Assembly (NCBI GenBank): GCA_000697335.1
Contig: JNEM01009929.1
Location: 1-42,774, forward strand
Length of the DNA stretch: 42,774 nucleotides
Source of the DNA: Conidiobolus incongruus B7586
Lineage: Eukaryota
Reading direction: 5' to 3'
Position 1 is the stretch's first letter; every line of letters starts with the position of its first letter. Position numbers and translations under genes: made by a program. Positions 11,436 through 25,968 of the stretch are shown here, piece after piece. The notes under the pieces were generated by a model that was given only the letters and a program-made list of their open reading frames with translations, did not search any database and was not told where the DNA came from.

Positions 11436-13157
11436 AAATCTAAAGAGCGAAAGCAAGGAAAGACAGTGCTGTTTAAAAGGCACTCAGAGAGCTTAATTAG
11501 TTTTCAGTAACAAGAAAACAGTTATTTTTCGTCAAGATGAATGCTGAACCCTGTTTTATATTCAGGAAACTAGTTCGACCATTTTATTAGGCAAAAAAGA
11601 CAGAAATGGATTTGATTGGATATGAATCATCTTGAATCATTTCAAATAACTGATATTGATTAAATATAATAGTATTTAGTTTATTTATAACATTCATAAT
11701 CTTTATCAACAGTGATCAATTAATAGACTAACTATTGGCTAAAATTCGGGTTGCTATTATAATTATAGAATATTATTACGGATATTTTCCTTATATATAA
11801 AATAAATAAAACTATGACCAATGGTTAAAATATCGATCACTATCAGCACCATATTTCATCTTATGAAAGCTAAATATCAAACAATCAACTCAATAAAAAT
11901 ATATCAAATATAAATTACCATGATCTGAGTGATATTTAACTGATTGAAGCAAAGAGATTGTTAAAACGATGCGCTTGATTCAGGATAACTAAGGACTTTC
12001 ATTACTTATACAAGTTAATCTAAAAAAGTTTAAGAAAATTTATAGAATAATATCCTTTAATATATTTGTTCGATTAAAGTGACATAAAATTCTGAGGGGT
12101 ATTTCTTTTGAATTAATCTTGTATAATATGTGACACATTTTGAATGTGACTGAATAATATTAATCAATTGAAAATCATTTAGAGCTTATTCATTATTCTC
12201 ATCATATTTATCCAACCGCTTAATTCTTTTATCATATCCACTCAATCACAAATTGTAAGATCTATCTTTTAAGGATCTGTTCAATGGATTTTATAAATGA
12301 ATTGTATTAATTTGATTCAAATAAAATAAAAAGAGGGAAAAAATATTTGATTATTATTTGAACCTTGATAGAGCCAAATGTAAATTGAGATAATTATAAG
12401 TTGTTATTTTTACTAGAATAACAAATTAATTCTAATCCAAATTATGATTTCAGTGCACAAATATTAACAATATATCTAAATACTGATTGATATTTACTCA
12501 TAGAAATTAATAAAATATTTTCGAAATATAAGTAAAAATGATATACATTTCCTTAGAATTTAAAATGATTTTAAAGATATTAATTGCTTATACTTCAAAT
12601 CAATTTACTTGAATAAAAATATTTTTAAATTATGTTAAATTCACAAATTCTTCAGTTGATAAAATATATATTAGTTACCGTGAATGGACAAACATTTTCA
12701 TAGTTGCACAATTATTCTTGAGAAAATTCACTGCTATATATTTGCATAATTTTAAATTGACATATTTATGATGACATTATTCTCATGTTTCTTAGATTAA
12801 TTAAATTCATACTGAGATATAATTCAAAATATCATTGTTAGATTTACTTCATATTAAATTATAAGTCTGTTCTCAATTTGAATTTGATGATTATATTAGA
12901 TTATAATAATGACCTCATTAAAATTATTGTAAATGCTTTGATTGATTAAAAATTATGTTTATTTGCCAATTGTAATAATGCTTTAATATCAATTAATTAC
13001 TTAATACAAATTTATTATATTAATTACATCTATTATAGCCTTCCTAAAACAATAATATGCTAATTGATATATTTATAATTGTATTTTATTAATATATTAA
13101 CTAAAAATATATTTTATATTTATTTTACTTGTTTCTAAATGAATATACAATTTCACA

Positions 13158-13160
<3 letters not shown>

Positions 13161-13193
<33 letters not shown>
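13161..13193. repeat. (TAT)n microsatellite
   Basis: About 11 tandem TAT units. Confidence 0.9.
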
Positions 13194-13194
<1 letters not shown>

Positions 13195-14163
13195 TATTCT
13201 GACATAATAGATTCGTTATTCTAGCATTTTTTACATGATATTTTATCTCTAACCACAAGCATCATTATTTGAAATTTTATATCATCTTTTATTAAGTTTT
13301 AGTTTTTGATATTTTATTCAAATTTAGTGAGTAAATAAATTAAAATAACAACTTGGTTAAATTTTTCAGATGATTTACAATGGTCATCATTTATTCTGTT
13401 AGATGAGAGTTCATATATCTAAAAAATAATCTCAATATATCAAATGTATTTAATATTAAATAGCATTGTTATAGAATAATATTACAATGAGATATAATAA
13501 ATTACTAAATTCGATATTTGTGTTTCAAGGATTTGAAATGCAATCAACATAGTAAATATGGATTCTGGTGAGTATATAATATTTATTAATTACATTTTGA
13601 ATTTCTAGCAAGAAGTTATCTATAATTGTATTAATCTTGAGATTATATCTATAATTGTATAATACAAAATATATATTAAAACTTCATAGTATTACCCTAC
13701 GTTATGTATATATATAATGAATTAAATCAATATTATAAGGTTAATCATAATCAATATACGCATTTTAAGTATTAACGCGAATAAACATCAATCTGTAATC
13801 CAATTAAAAAATACGCATTTAATAAAACTAGTATAATTAAAAAATATAATATTTAATGAATTCTCAGATTTTTTGAATAAATTTACATTTAATTTGAATA
13901 TTATTCATAATTACTTATCAAAAAAATGAAATTTAATTTTATTAATCCCATAAAGGATCGAGTCAATGTCTGGAATATATTCAAACCTCAATCGCGTAAT
14001 TAAAAATGAATAACAGGTATTTATCAATTTGCTATCACCATATTATCTTTGAATTATCATACTATATCAAATTTAAATAATAGCATTTTATATTATTATT
14101 ATCCGAATTATATTTAATAAATACCTCATATTTATATGATACAATAGCATTTAGTATATAACA

Positions 14164-17100
14164 ATGAAAGTATTATGTGTTGCTGAAAAACCTTCTATGG
14201 CTAATGAGTTAGCAAAAATACTATCTCAAGGAAGTGCTGTCAGAGTATTTTGTAAAAAATTATGGCTACATAAAATTGTTTTCTAATAATGTTATATTAG
14301 AGAACTGGAATCGATACATATTGTTCTAACTGGGATTTTCCATACCAGTTTCAAAATAGAAGCTGCTCATTTACTATGACATCTATTCGAGGACATTTAA
14401 TGAGTTTGGATTTCAAACCTCCTTATAATAAATGGCTGACTTGTCAACCCCTGTTTTTATTTGAAGCTCCAGTTGAAAAATCAGTTCCAAGTGAATTCAA
14501 GGACACTGAAAAAAATCTGTTGAGAGAAGCGAGAAATTCTCAAGTTTTAATGATATGGACGGATTGTGATCGAGAAGGCGAAAATATAGGGGAAGAGATA
14601 GTTAACATTTGTAAAAAATCAAACTCAAATATTAAGGTTTATCGAGCAAGGTATAGTGTCATTCAACCAAGGTAAGTTCAATTAAGTACTTTTTTATTTC
14701 AATTTATAAATTCTTTGAACCAGTCATATCCATGAAGCATGCCGAAACCCTGGATCACTTGATATTTTTCAAGTTCAAGCTGTAAATACCAGAATGATAA
14801 TCGATTTAAGGATTGGCGCCTCTTTAACTAGATTCCAAACTCTCTCTCTTAAGGCTGCATTTCCCGAGCTAGACAAAGATATTATTAGCTATGGATCTTG
14901 CCAATTTCCAACATTAGGATTTGTAGTTGATCAATATGAGAAAGTAGAGCGTTTTATTCCAGAACCTTTTTGGTATATCTTTCTTAGCTACACAAAAGAT
15001 GAAAAGGTCACTGAGTTTAAATGGAGACGCAATAAACTATTTGACCATTTTTCAGCGTTTGTGTATTATGAATGCTGTATGGATAACCCAACGGCAAAAG
15101 TTGTTTTCAAGAAAGAGAAACCTACTTCAAAATGGTAAGCTATTTTACCCTGTAATATTCCATAGTTATTAATGATATTAATTAGGAAACCACTTCCGCT
15201 CACTACAGTTGAGTTACAAAAAGCAGCAAGTAAAATATTAAAAATATCATCAGACGAAACCATGGCCGTAAGTGTAACTAATCAATCTAACGTATATTTT
15301 ATAATGACCCATTCTTTAGATTGCTGAAAATTTATACAACAAAGGTTTTATAAGTTATCCAAGAACCGAAACCGATCAATTTGCAACGGATTTTCAATTC
15401 CAGCCTTTAATTGAGAAGCATCTATCCCATCCGCAATGGGGCCATTTCGCTAATTCATTACTTAACGAAGGCAAATTTCGGCCTCCCAGAAAAGGAAAAA
15501 ACAATGATAAAGCACACCCTCCTATTCATCCCACAGCGCAAGTAGTCAATTTGGAAGGAAATAGTAAGAAGATTTATGAGTTCATTACACGAAGATTTTT
15601 AGCTTCCTGTTCGGATGATGCTAAAGGATTCCAGACTGATTTCGAAATTGATGTTGCGGGTGAAATATTTACCACATCTGGATTAGTTATCACTGAGACC
15701 AATTATCTAGATATATATACATATGAGAAATGGAACGCTAAATCAATTCCTAACTTAAATTATGGAGAAACGTTTATTCCAACAGTACTTGAACTCCGCG
15801 AGGGAACCACTAGCTGTCCTAAACTTCTTACTGAAGCTGAACTGATTCACCTAATGGATAAAAATCAAATTGGAACTGATGCAACTATTCAAGAACATAT
15901 TAAGAAGATATTGGATAGAAACTACGTTTTTAAAGAAGGACCTCAGCAGGTTTTTCGACCATCTAAATTAGGAATAGGATTAGTTGAAGGATATAATAAT
16001 ATTGGTTTGGAAAAATCATTGACAAAGCCACTATTAAGACGACAAGTAATTATATGTTCATTTCTTTTCTTTTAATATTTCTAATTTTTTATCAGCTTGA
16101 ATATCAACTCAAAAGAGTTTGTGAAGGAAATCTACGACATGAGGTAGTAATGGCAGAATCCCTTGCAATGTATAAAGAAATGTTTATAAAATCATTTAAT
16201 CATTTGGACGTATTAGTAAATGTAAACACTTCATACAGTTCAAAGGATAAAATATTTAATTTATAATATTTAGGCATTATCTATTCATTTTAGACTTGAA
16301 GCATCTATTGACTTAAATTCACTGGCTTCAAAAGTTTTCAGGTTTTCTAAACCAGTTATGAATTGTCCTTCTTGCTCATCTCATATGGTAATTCGTAACA
16401 AAAATGATAAGTGGTACATAGGATGTCAATCATTTCCTTCATGTTCTTATTCTATTTGGATGGAAAGCTCACCTGTATCCAATATTGATGTATCCGACGA
16501 GCTTTGTCCTAGGTGCCTTAGATCCGTTCCTAATCTCAAAGTTAATTACTTGATATGGACCTTTTCTGATCCTCACATTGCAAATTTTTTTAATACATCA
16601 AACTACAAGGGATGTATTAGATGCGATGAAAATTTAGAAAATTTGTTAAATATTAAACAATCTCAGAATACATCATCAAATAGAAGCACCAATACTGCCC
16701 ATTGCAATTCTCTATCCAGACAACTTTCATCAACCACAGTTCAGAGAAATGTCATTTCTAATTCAACTGCTTTATTACCAACGATCAATAACTATCAATC
16801 TACTTTACCTAAACCAGCATCTGCTAATCCTCTTACTCCAAGTGTATCTAGTAATGATCAAGAACTCCAAAGGATTCGAGATATGTATCAACAAAATTCT
16901 TCATCTGATCCTGGAATTCCAAGATGCGAATGTAATCTTGAAACCGTTTTGAGAACAGTCTCTAAACAAGGTCCAAACCAAGGACGATCATTTTATATAT
17001 GTAGAAAGGTTTCAGCACAATGTAAAACGTTTATTTGGGTTGATGAAATGAATTCAGATCATCCGGCACGAAATATCGGAATACAACATAATGCTTCTTC

Positions 17101-17373
17101 CTCCAGCACCAATCTATCTAATATAACCTGCTTTAGATGTAACCAGGTAAACAATTATCAACTTACACTACATTCTACCATGAATACTAACTATTTTAGA
17201 CTGGCCATTATGCCAATAATTGCCCTGAACTTAATGCAGGATCAAATAACCCTACTAACAACAATAGTTCAAGTAATAGTAGAAAAATTACACGTAAAAG
17301 AGCAGCTCCAAGGTCCTCTAAAAGTACTACTAGAAATAGTGTAAGTTCCAAATCTAAGAGAAAGCAAAAGTAA
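14164..17373 (+). CDS. TOP3: DNA topoisomerase III alpha with C-terminal zinc ribbon, GRF zinc finger and CCHC knuckle; 8 exons
   Basis: MKVLCVAEKPS, TSIRGHL, IWTDCDREGENIG, SYGSCQFPTLGFVV, catalytic GFISYPRTET and IGTDAT. The last intron (17147-17199) joins CFRCNQ to TGHYANNCP; stop at 17371-17373. Confidence 0.96.
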
Positions 17374-19545
17374 TTATTAAAAGATAACTTTTATTTACTC
17401 TTTAAAACATTTTTTTCTTTATCATTACCACAATATATTAATCAAATAATTTGTATTATATTAACTGTATAATATATTATTTTTTGAATTACTTAATTAT
17501 TAATTCACTTTTTAAACTTTTTGCATTATTCCAAAATTACTAACTTAATTACACAATATATCCTCAGTTGCTCTTGATTAATATTATTTTCAAATTATAA
17601 TTTTTCTTTTAATTATGAATTTTAAAATATAATAGTTTTATTATATTTTTTAATAAATTTTTTGAATGTTTAATAATTATAAAATTTGTTTATTAATTTT
17701 ATATTTATTTTATAAATAAATATATGAATTTTATTAATTAAAAATATTAAATAAATATTAATTATTAAAATATTTATTAATATAATCTATCATATTAAAA
17801 AACTAATTTATTTTATATTGAATTAATTAAATAATATATAATATATTTAAATAATTAATATCTTAATGATTTAATAATCCTTAATTAAAAATATCAAAAT
17901 ATTTTAGTTTTTTATATTTTAACAATGAATGATAAAATAATAATAGAAATTAATTTTTTATTCTTGGTAAATATTAAATAATACTCTTAAATTTTAAAAT
18001 AATAAATTTAACAATAAATAATAATTTTAAATAAAATATTATTTTTATATGTATTTAACTAATTTTAGTAGATTTTAAATAATTTCTGGTTAAATTTAGT
18101 GATATTAAAATAAAAAACCTTTTATGTTTATTATTTAGTTTAAATATAATCATATTTGATTTTAAATTTTGAAATAAATATTTTAATAAAAAATCAATTT
18201 TGATTGATATATATAATATGAAAATATTAATTCTATAATATAATTCATATATAATTTATTTTGATAGAGCTACCAAAATATATGAAAAATTAGAAATTAG
18301 ATATTTTTCTATTTTATTTTCAATATTGATATATATCAAAATTAATCATTTTAATTGTATTTAAATTTTTATTATTAAATTATATATTTATGGAATTTTC
18401 TATTAAATAATGATATTGAAATTATATTTTTGATCAATTTTTATTTTTATCACTCATCTGTATTTCAATTATAAATAATTAAAAATATTCAAATTGTTTT
18501 CATCCATGATTAATATAAGAATATATAGAAACATGTTGAAATAAAAATCAATTAAATTATCCAATTATATTCAATAAGTTAAAGTTTCACTTTATTCACG
18601 ACTGATTATATATTAAAAATTATATAATTTGAATTTATTCAATTAATTCAATACTTCAATATTTTTAATTAAAGGTGCTTAGATACAGACAAATGAGTAA
18701 AATTTCAGATTATAAAATATTTTTATCTTTATCTTGTACATAATATCATCATATTCAATAAAAATAATTTCTCAAAATCCAGAATTATTAAATAATTTTA
18801 TAAATCAATTACACAAAATGATATAATCAAGAATTCAAACTGAAATATATAATGCATAGCTGATATTTGGAAGATAAGATTAATTTCTAAAATTAGAAAT
18901 CTATAATTTGAAAGATTCAAATCAGTTCAATTTAATTTTGTTACTTATAGAAAAAATATTTCAAAGCTGAAAGGTAAATGAAACGGATTGTGTATGTTAG
19001 TAGGCGAAGAAGATATTTTATATTGTAATGTATTAGTTTAAACTTCAATTTATAGTAATCATTAATAATTAAATTCTATTTTTTGAACACCAAGTCCAGA
19101 TATATGTAAATTAATACCAATAAGCGCAGAAAGCATGGTTGAATGAAAGGATGCGGATTCTAAATAAACGATAGATTATAGAATATTAAGTTATTCATAC
19201 AAATATTAGCTAATACTAAGTGGTAATTAAATGATTTATTTTAGCAATAAGTATTGAATAATGACACAATTGTTATTTGATAAATTGGGGAAAATATGAA
19301 TTAAGCGTATAATAATTAATGAATATAGGGTAAAAAAATTATACAAAATTTAATTGGGAGAATGCTTAAAAATTTGATGATAGATGTTTATGGTGAGTTA
19401 AAATTGATATCATATTGAATATCCACTGCCAAATTTTGGGTTTGAATTCGAATTTAAAACCACAGGTCAATATTTGCAAAATTTGTTTTAATTCTTAATT
19501 TAATATTAATACAAAAAATAGATTCAATACTAGTTAAAATATATA

Positions 19546-20154
19546 ATGAGTTATTTTTATAGAGGATTTAAAAGTTTTTCAACTAAGAGACCTGTTTTAG
19601 CTCTCTCCATTACAAATGGTTTTTTAGGTTTAATTGCCGATGTGAGTGCACAATCTATTGGGTCCAATGATAAATCTGAAGGTTTTGATCAGTCTAGATT
19701 AGCTCGATTTATCGGTTATCAATCTTTATTCGCTCCTATTTCTTATTACTGGTATTCTTTTCTTAATAGAAAATTTCCACTACCAACCCCTTCACCTAAC
19801 ACTTCAAGATCCATAGCTTTATTCAAGCCAGTTTTAAAGAGAGTGTTCATCGACCAAGTGCTATTTGCTCCCTTAGCTATTGGAAACTTCTTCATTGTTA
19901 TGGGCAAGTTGGAAGGTAAAACTTGGGAAGATATCAAGGAAAAGTTTAGAAATCAATATTTCACAGCACTTATATCCAATTATACCCTCTGGCCTATTTC
20001 TCAATTTATTAACTTCAGCCTTGTTCCATTATATTATCAGGTCCCATTTGCCAGCACTGTAGGAATTATATGGAATACCTATTTGAGCTGGTTGAATAAC
20101 AAGGAATATCAAACTACTCAAATCTTACCTCAATCATCACCAATGTCAAGTTAA
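19546..20154 (+). CDS. SYM1: Mpv17/PMP22 family membrane protein (Sym1-like)
   Basis: ADVSAQ, RLARF, WYSFL, KRVFIDQVLFAP, LWPISQFINFSLVP and WNTYLS. Intronless. Confidence 0.9.
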   Translation: MSYFYRGFKSFSTKRPVLALSITNGFLGLIADVSAQSIGSNDKSEGFDQSRLARFIGYQSLFAPISYYWYSFLNRKFPLPTPSPNTSRSIALFKPVLKRVFIDQVLFAPLAIGNFFIVMGKLEGKTWEDIKEKFRNQYFTALISNYTLWPISQFINFSLVPLYYQVPFASTVGIIWNTYLSWLNNKEYQTTQILPQSSPMSS

Positions 20155-20830
20155 ATAATGAAATAGTACTTAATTTCTTTTATTATTCTCACTCTACATA
20201 ATTGTTATATCCTAAAAAGTGGAAAAAATTCATGGCTTTGTGTTAATTGATTTGTCATATCTTCCACTAAAAATTTTGGATAATGTTTAAAAATACTTAG
20301 ATTTAGATTAATTATTTAATAAATATTATCATATTCATAAAAATTTTGTTAATTGATAAATAATAGTGTAGTTTTAATATAAAATTTTTTAACATTGATA
20401 TATATATATGTATAATATTTAAAAAGTATTTTGAAGATAAAACATATTGTCAATTTTACGTGGATTATATTTATTGGGTTTCTTTACGTCATATATTAAT
20501 ATTAAATCAATATATTAATTCTAATTATAATAAGATTTTAGTAATTAATGAATATTTAATATATTCTAAAATAATTTAATAAATTTAGTTAATACAACCA
20601 ATATTGAATAAAAGATAAATAATTATATTTTGAATTAATGATTAAATAAATAATATAATTTTAATGTAATTTTTCGATATTATTAGAATAAGGGTGAATA
20701 TGCAATTTAAAACTCTGTATTATTTGATAAAAATTTGATGAATATTCATTTATCAGAAAAGATATGCTGAATAATTTATTGCTATAATATACTATACAAG
20801 TATATCATATAATTTAAAGCTTTGATATCG

Positions 20831-22407
20831 TTATTTTCTCCATTTTAATTGGCCAACAAGGTCTTCTTCAATCAATTTAACAATATTCTTACTGGCAACT
20901 GTCTCAGTTTCCATGGTAGAAATGGCAGGTTCCATCGCATTTACATAATAAATATTATCATGTAATATGATAGGTGGAAATCGTTTCCTTGGTTTCATGA
21001 CAGGATACGCTTTCCAGTCTTTACGATAAATTTGATCTAATCCAAGTGTAGTGTTAAGTAACTTGAGTAAGAGTTCATCTGTAATAGGTTCAACTGATGA
21101 TATGTCAACAATTCCGTTAGAGTGAGTAATTACTGAAAAAGGCGATTTAGTAGTATATCCTAATATTGTCTCAGGCAATTCTTCGACGGATTTCAAATTA
21201 AAATAAGATGGATTTAAAGTAACGTTAGTAAGTACCATTGTATACACATTCTTATATTCAATTTCAAAATCGAGAATAGCATCCTTGGGTAAATGAATGT
21301 TAGATAAATGTAATGGAGTGGCTAGAATCACTATATCATACAATGTATTCAATGGATTTTCATTAATGTGCAGTTGATATTTGTTATTGGCACCAAAATC
21401 ATTAACTGGGATAATAGCAGTCACTTTAGAGTTCAAATATGGTGTAGCAATTGAATGTTTTAAAAATTCCTTGAATAGCAAGTCGTTACCCTTTTTAATA
21501 CCTTCTCTGCTTGAAGTACCAACGAAAGCAGTCGCTCCAGCTAATACATGAAGTGTATTTGGAATGGAGTATATATTTCTGGTGATAGCTTGATAAAACT
21601 CGTCAACAAAAACTTCTGATACACCAACTTCATTAACTAAAAATTCTCTATTTGATAATGTTGTATAGTTAGCAAGATCTACAAAACTCAAGAGTTGTTC
21701 AATGGAACTGAATCCGGGTGTAGTTGGCTCATAGAGTTTTAAAAATTGATCTCTAAGTTTGTTAGACAGAAGTTGTGTTTTATAGAAACCATAGCCATAT
21801 CGATAATAGAATTTAATTTGGCTCCAATAAGAGTTATCATAAGTGAAGACAAACTGAGAGCCATCGTATAAACCAAAGGAAGCGTTAGAACTGGCTAAAT
21901 TAACTTTTTCAATATTAAATTTTTCACAAGCTTCCTAAATGAAAGTTGTCAAATATATGAGTTCAAACCAATTTAAATATGATGTACTTGTATGTTATAA
22001 TTGACACTAATAAAGACAAAAAATATTCTTTAATCAATGAATAAAACAAATTAAATGAACAAATTACTCAACAAAACAACCTGCTCCCATTTCGAATTTT
22101 TCTCCTTCAAGGAAAATAGGGTAGGCTCTTCCACCAATTCGGTCGCTAGCTTCATATAAATCAATATTTAATTTGTAATCAATTTTATCTTGAAGATCTG
22201 ATAAATAATAAGCTGCACTCGTTCCACCAGCTCCTCCTCCAATACTAATTTTTAAATTAAATTTAAATTCATTCAAGTGAATTTTGATATTATTTACATT
22301 GCAATATTTTTCGATTGAAATTTATAAGATAAAGGAGGGCTAAAGACAGTTTGCTTAGCTTGTAATCCATACAAGCAAAATGAATAAAACAAACTATAGA
22401 TTCTCAT
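20831..22407 (-). CDS. Prenylcysteine oxidase/lyase (FAD-dependent) with signal peptide; 4 exons including a 19-nt exon (22006-21988)
   Basis: IAIIGGGAGGTSAAYYL, RIGGRA, EMGA, YDIVILATPL, WKAYP and YYVNAMEPAISTMETETVASKNIV. Confidence 0.9.
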
Positions 22408-23022
22408 TCAAAAATAATAATTAAATATAGTGAAATAGTAAATATTATTTAATCAATAGATACAAATATGAAATAACAAGAGAAATAGATGATTGAATTT
22501 TTAAGAGCAAGTTTTATTTTGTGAATAATTCAATATTCTAATTGAATGACGTGTTTGGAAATCATGCTGTGTAAGCAAGGAAATATTTTAAAAATTAAAT
22601 TTATTAGATTCATGATTTTGTTGTATTTTGAAAATATCCATCCATCTCAATTTGATAGTTAAGTCCATATTACCCCCCCATTTATAGTGGCTTTGTCAGT
22701 CTATAATTAAAGGATACTTTTTGTACTATTTGTTCTCTTTGTTAGATTTTAACCAAATCTTATATCATTCAGTGAATGAACTATTTAAACCCAGAAGTGG
22801 TAAAGGAAGAAGAAAGTTGTTTTTTCTGAATATTCTGCCACTACATTTCAACAATAAGTCAGTTTTCAAACATATGGTCCCAGCATGCTAATGAGCAAGA
22901 TTAATAAATAATTTACTAAATCATATTACAAGTACATTTCTAACAACCATCTTTATTTATAAAACTTATTATAAACACAGTAATTTATTAAATAAATATG
23001 TTCAATTTATATTTTTATCAAA

Positions 23023-25968
23023 TCAATGGTTATCAATAACTTTCAAGAAAGCTTCTTGAGGAATATTAACATTTCCAATTCTCTTCATTCTCTTTTTTCC
23101 TTCCTTTTGCTTTTGTAAAAGTTTCATTTTTCTTGTAATATCACCACCATAACATTTAGCTGTAACATTCTTTCTCATCGGGGAAATCGTTTCTCTTGCA
23201 ATGATCTTTTTGTTGACAGCTGTTTGAATAACCACTTCAAACAATTGTTTCTCAATAACGTCCTTCAATTTAGCAGCTACTTGTCTTCCTAGCGCATTGA
23301 TTTTACTACGATGGTGTACAGACGTTAGCACATCCACAGGCACTGAATTAATCAATACTGTCATCTATATTTAAACCTAAGTATATTTATGATATAATCG
23401 CGGTGATTTTGGCTATACCTTAACTAAATCGGAGCTCTTATATCCAGCTTCTTCATAGTCGAAACTAATATAAAATAATTGATATTTAATGAAATAAATA
23501 GCTATAATGAAATATTACCTAGCATATCCTGAAGTTCTACTCTTTAATTTGTCATAAAAATTGGATACAATTTCAGCTAATGGTAAATCACATCGTAGGA
23601 TGATTCTAGTATTATCAATAAATTGATGACTTAAATTATCACATCGATGCTCCTAAAAATAAGGTTAAGTATTAATGATAAAAGATGTGTAATGTCAAAC
23701 TACTTGGCAAAGTTCAATAACATTTCCTAAATAATCCAATGGGAAAATGATGGTAGCTTTAATCATTGGTTCCATTAGATCGGATACTTTAGTGCTAATA
23801 TCATGAGGTTCAGGGAAATCTTGAGGGCTTTGAATAATTTTTTCTTCGCCATTATTATATATTACTATTTAAAATTAATCAATAATCATATAGTGTGTGA
23901 ATCGAGTTACCTTTATAAGGTACTGTAGGTTGAGTAACAATAATATTGGCATCATATTCCTAAAACAGTATTATTATTAACAATGATATTAAAAATTTAA
24001 ATTGGGAAATAAACCTGTTCCAATCTCTGTTTGAAAACATCCATATGTAAAGTGCCCAAAAAACCTAAACGCCAACCTTGACCCAAGGCCAAACTGATTT
24101 TCAAGTTAAAAGCAAATCGCAAGAATGAAATATTTACTTTACCTAGTTTCTCTTTGGATAGTAACAGACGAATCGTTCAAAGTTAAATGGGTGATTGATT
24201 CTTCAAGTTTAGGGAAATCAGAATTATTGATTGGGAAAATACCAGAGAAAACCTATAAATAATAGCATGAATTAAATCAGTTAATATGAATGATTTGGTC
24301 TTACCATAGGTTTAGCTTGCACAAATCCAGGAAGAGGGTCTTTAATAATTGCTTTTTGTAAACAAAATGTGTCACCGATCTTGGCATCTTTAGGGTTCTT
24401 CATACTCATCGAGATATATCCAACTTGTCCCGCTTGTCTAAAATATTGATTAATATATGAATTATAGAATATTGGGATATGAAAACTTACAAAACGTTAA
24501 CCGATTTCATATTTGGATGAAGAATACCAACCTATTAATCATTAATAAATGCTCTTATATGAGTATAAAATAATACTTGATTACATCTAACGCTTCGTAT
24601 TTAAGACCAGTTTGCATAGATAAAATTTTATCCCCTAATAATTATAAGATTAAGTAAATGTAATATAAATCCAATGTATTTTTCAAACCTTTCTTAACCT
24701 GGCCATCAATAATGGCTACCATGCAAATAACGCCAACATAATTATCATACCAAGAGTCAAATAAAAGAGCTTTCAAAGGCGCATCAACTTTTCCGGTTGG
24801 CCTATAAAAATATTGTCATTAAATTAAGTGGTAATAATAATAATAATAATAATCTGAATTACGGTGGAATTTCTTCAACAATGCGTTCTAATAGAGTATT
24901 TACATTCAAACCAGTTTTAGCAGAAATCTAAATCATAATTTTTTTAGTATACAATTTGATTTATAAAAAATTGACTTACGCAACAGGCATCTTCGGGTTC
25001 AAGCTCTAAACTTGTAACCAATTGATTCTTGACTTTTTCAACATCTGCTCCTGGTAAATCGATTTTATTGATAACTGGTAAAATTTTAATTCCTTCTCCA
25101 AATGCTAGGTAAAAATTGGCAACTGTTTGGGCTTGGATTCCTTGAACAGCATCGACTAAAAGTAAAGTCCCTTGGCATGCTGATAATGATCTTGAGACCT
25201 CATAACTAAAGTCAACATGACCCTAGATTATAAATATTAGGAAATTTATTAAATATTATTTTTTTTCATTTATTACAGGTGTATCAATTAAATTAAGTAA
25301 ATATTTCTGTCCTTTATGATGGTAAAATAGAGAAGCAGTCTAATTATTAATAATTGGTTTTTGAAATTATTCGAAATTTTTGAATGATAAATATATACCT
25401 GAGCTTTAACTGTAATACCTCTCTCTCTTTCAACCTTTAATTTATCCAGAACCTGCTTATTGGCCCCTCCTTTAACAGATATGGTGCCTAAAAAATAAAT
25501 ATCAATTAATAAATTACCCATTTTAAATAATCAAAAAATCAAATACCAGTTAATTCTAAAAGTCTATCAGCTAGAGTACTCTTTCCATGATCTACAAAAT
25601 CATTTAATATTTATTTAAAATTTGCAACGTAATAAAATATCACCAATGTGAGCAATAATGGAAAAGTTTCTAATTTTAGATTTATCAAATTTTGTCATAT
25701 CAAAATCTTTATCAACTTTGGTTATTAGTTCATTAGTATTTGAGGAATATTGTCTCTGGTTATTATTTAAGACTTCAAATTTATGTAATTTTAATCCTCT
25801 ATTATTTAATAATGAAGAGGTATGAATTAAGGGCGTGTATTTTAAAAAATTAGTATTCTAATAAACTATTTAATATCAAATTAATTATAATATTTGATAA
25901 TATATATTTACCCTATTGAATTTAAATTGAAGATTATTGATACCTCTATAAAGAATTTTGTTATTCAT
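23023..25968 (-). CDS. GUF1: Mitochondrial translation factor GUF1 (LepA/EF-4); many short introns
   Basis: [56 protein letters not shown] and [14 protein letters not shown]. Confidence 0.96.

Noticed and set aside
18093..18111. 19-mer AATTTAGTGATATTAAAAT repeated at 42742-42760
   Set aside because: Matches of this length are plausible by chance in such AT-rich DNA, and the similarity does not extend.
22709..22717. AAAGGATAC, the exact complement of a U12 donor (possible U11 5' end or minus-strand donor)
   Set aside because: Intergenic, with no convincing Sm site or U11 structure and no flanking exon.
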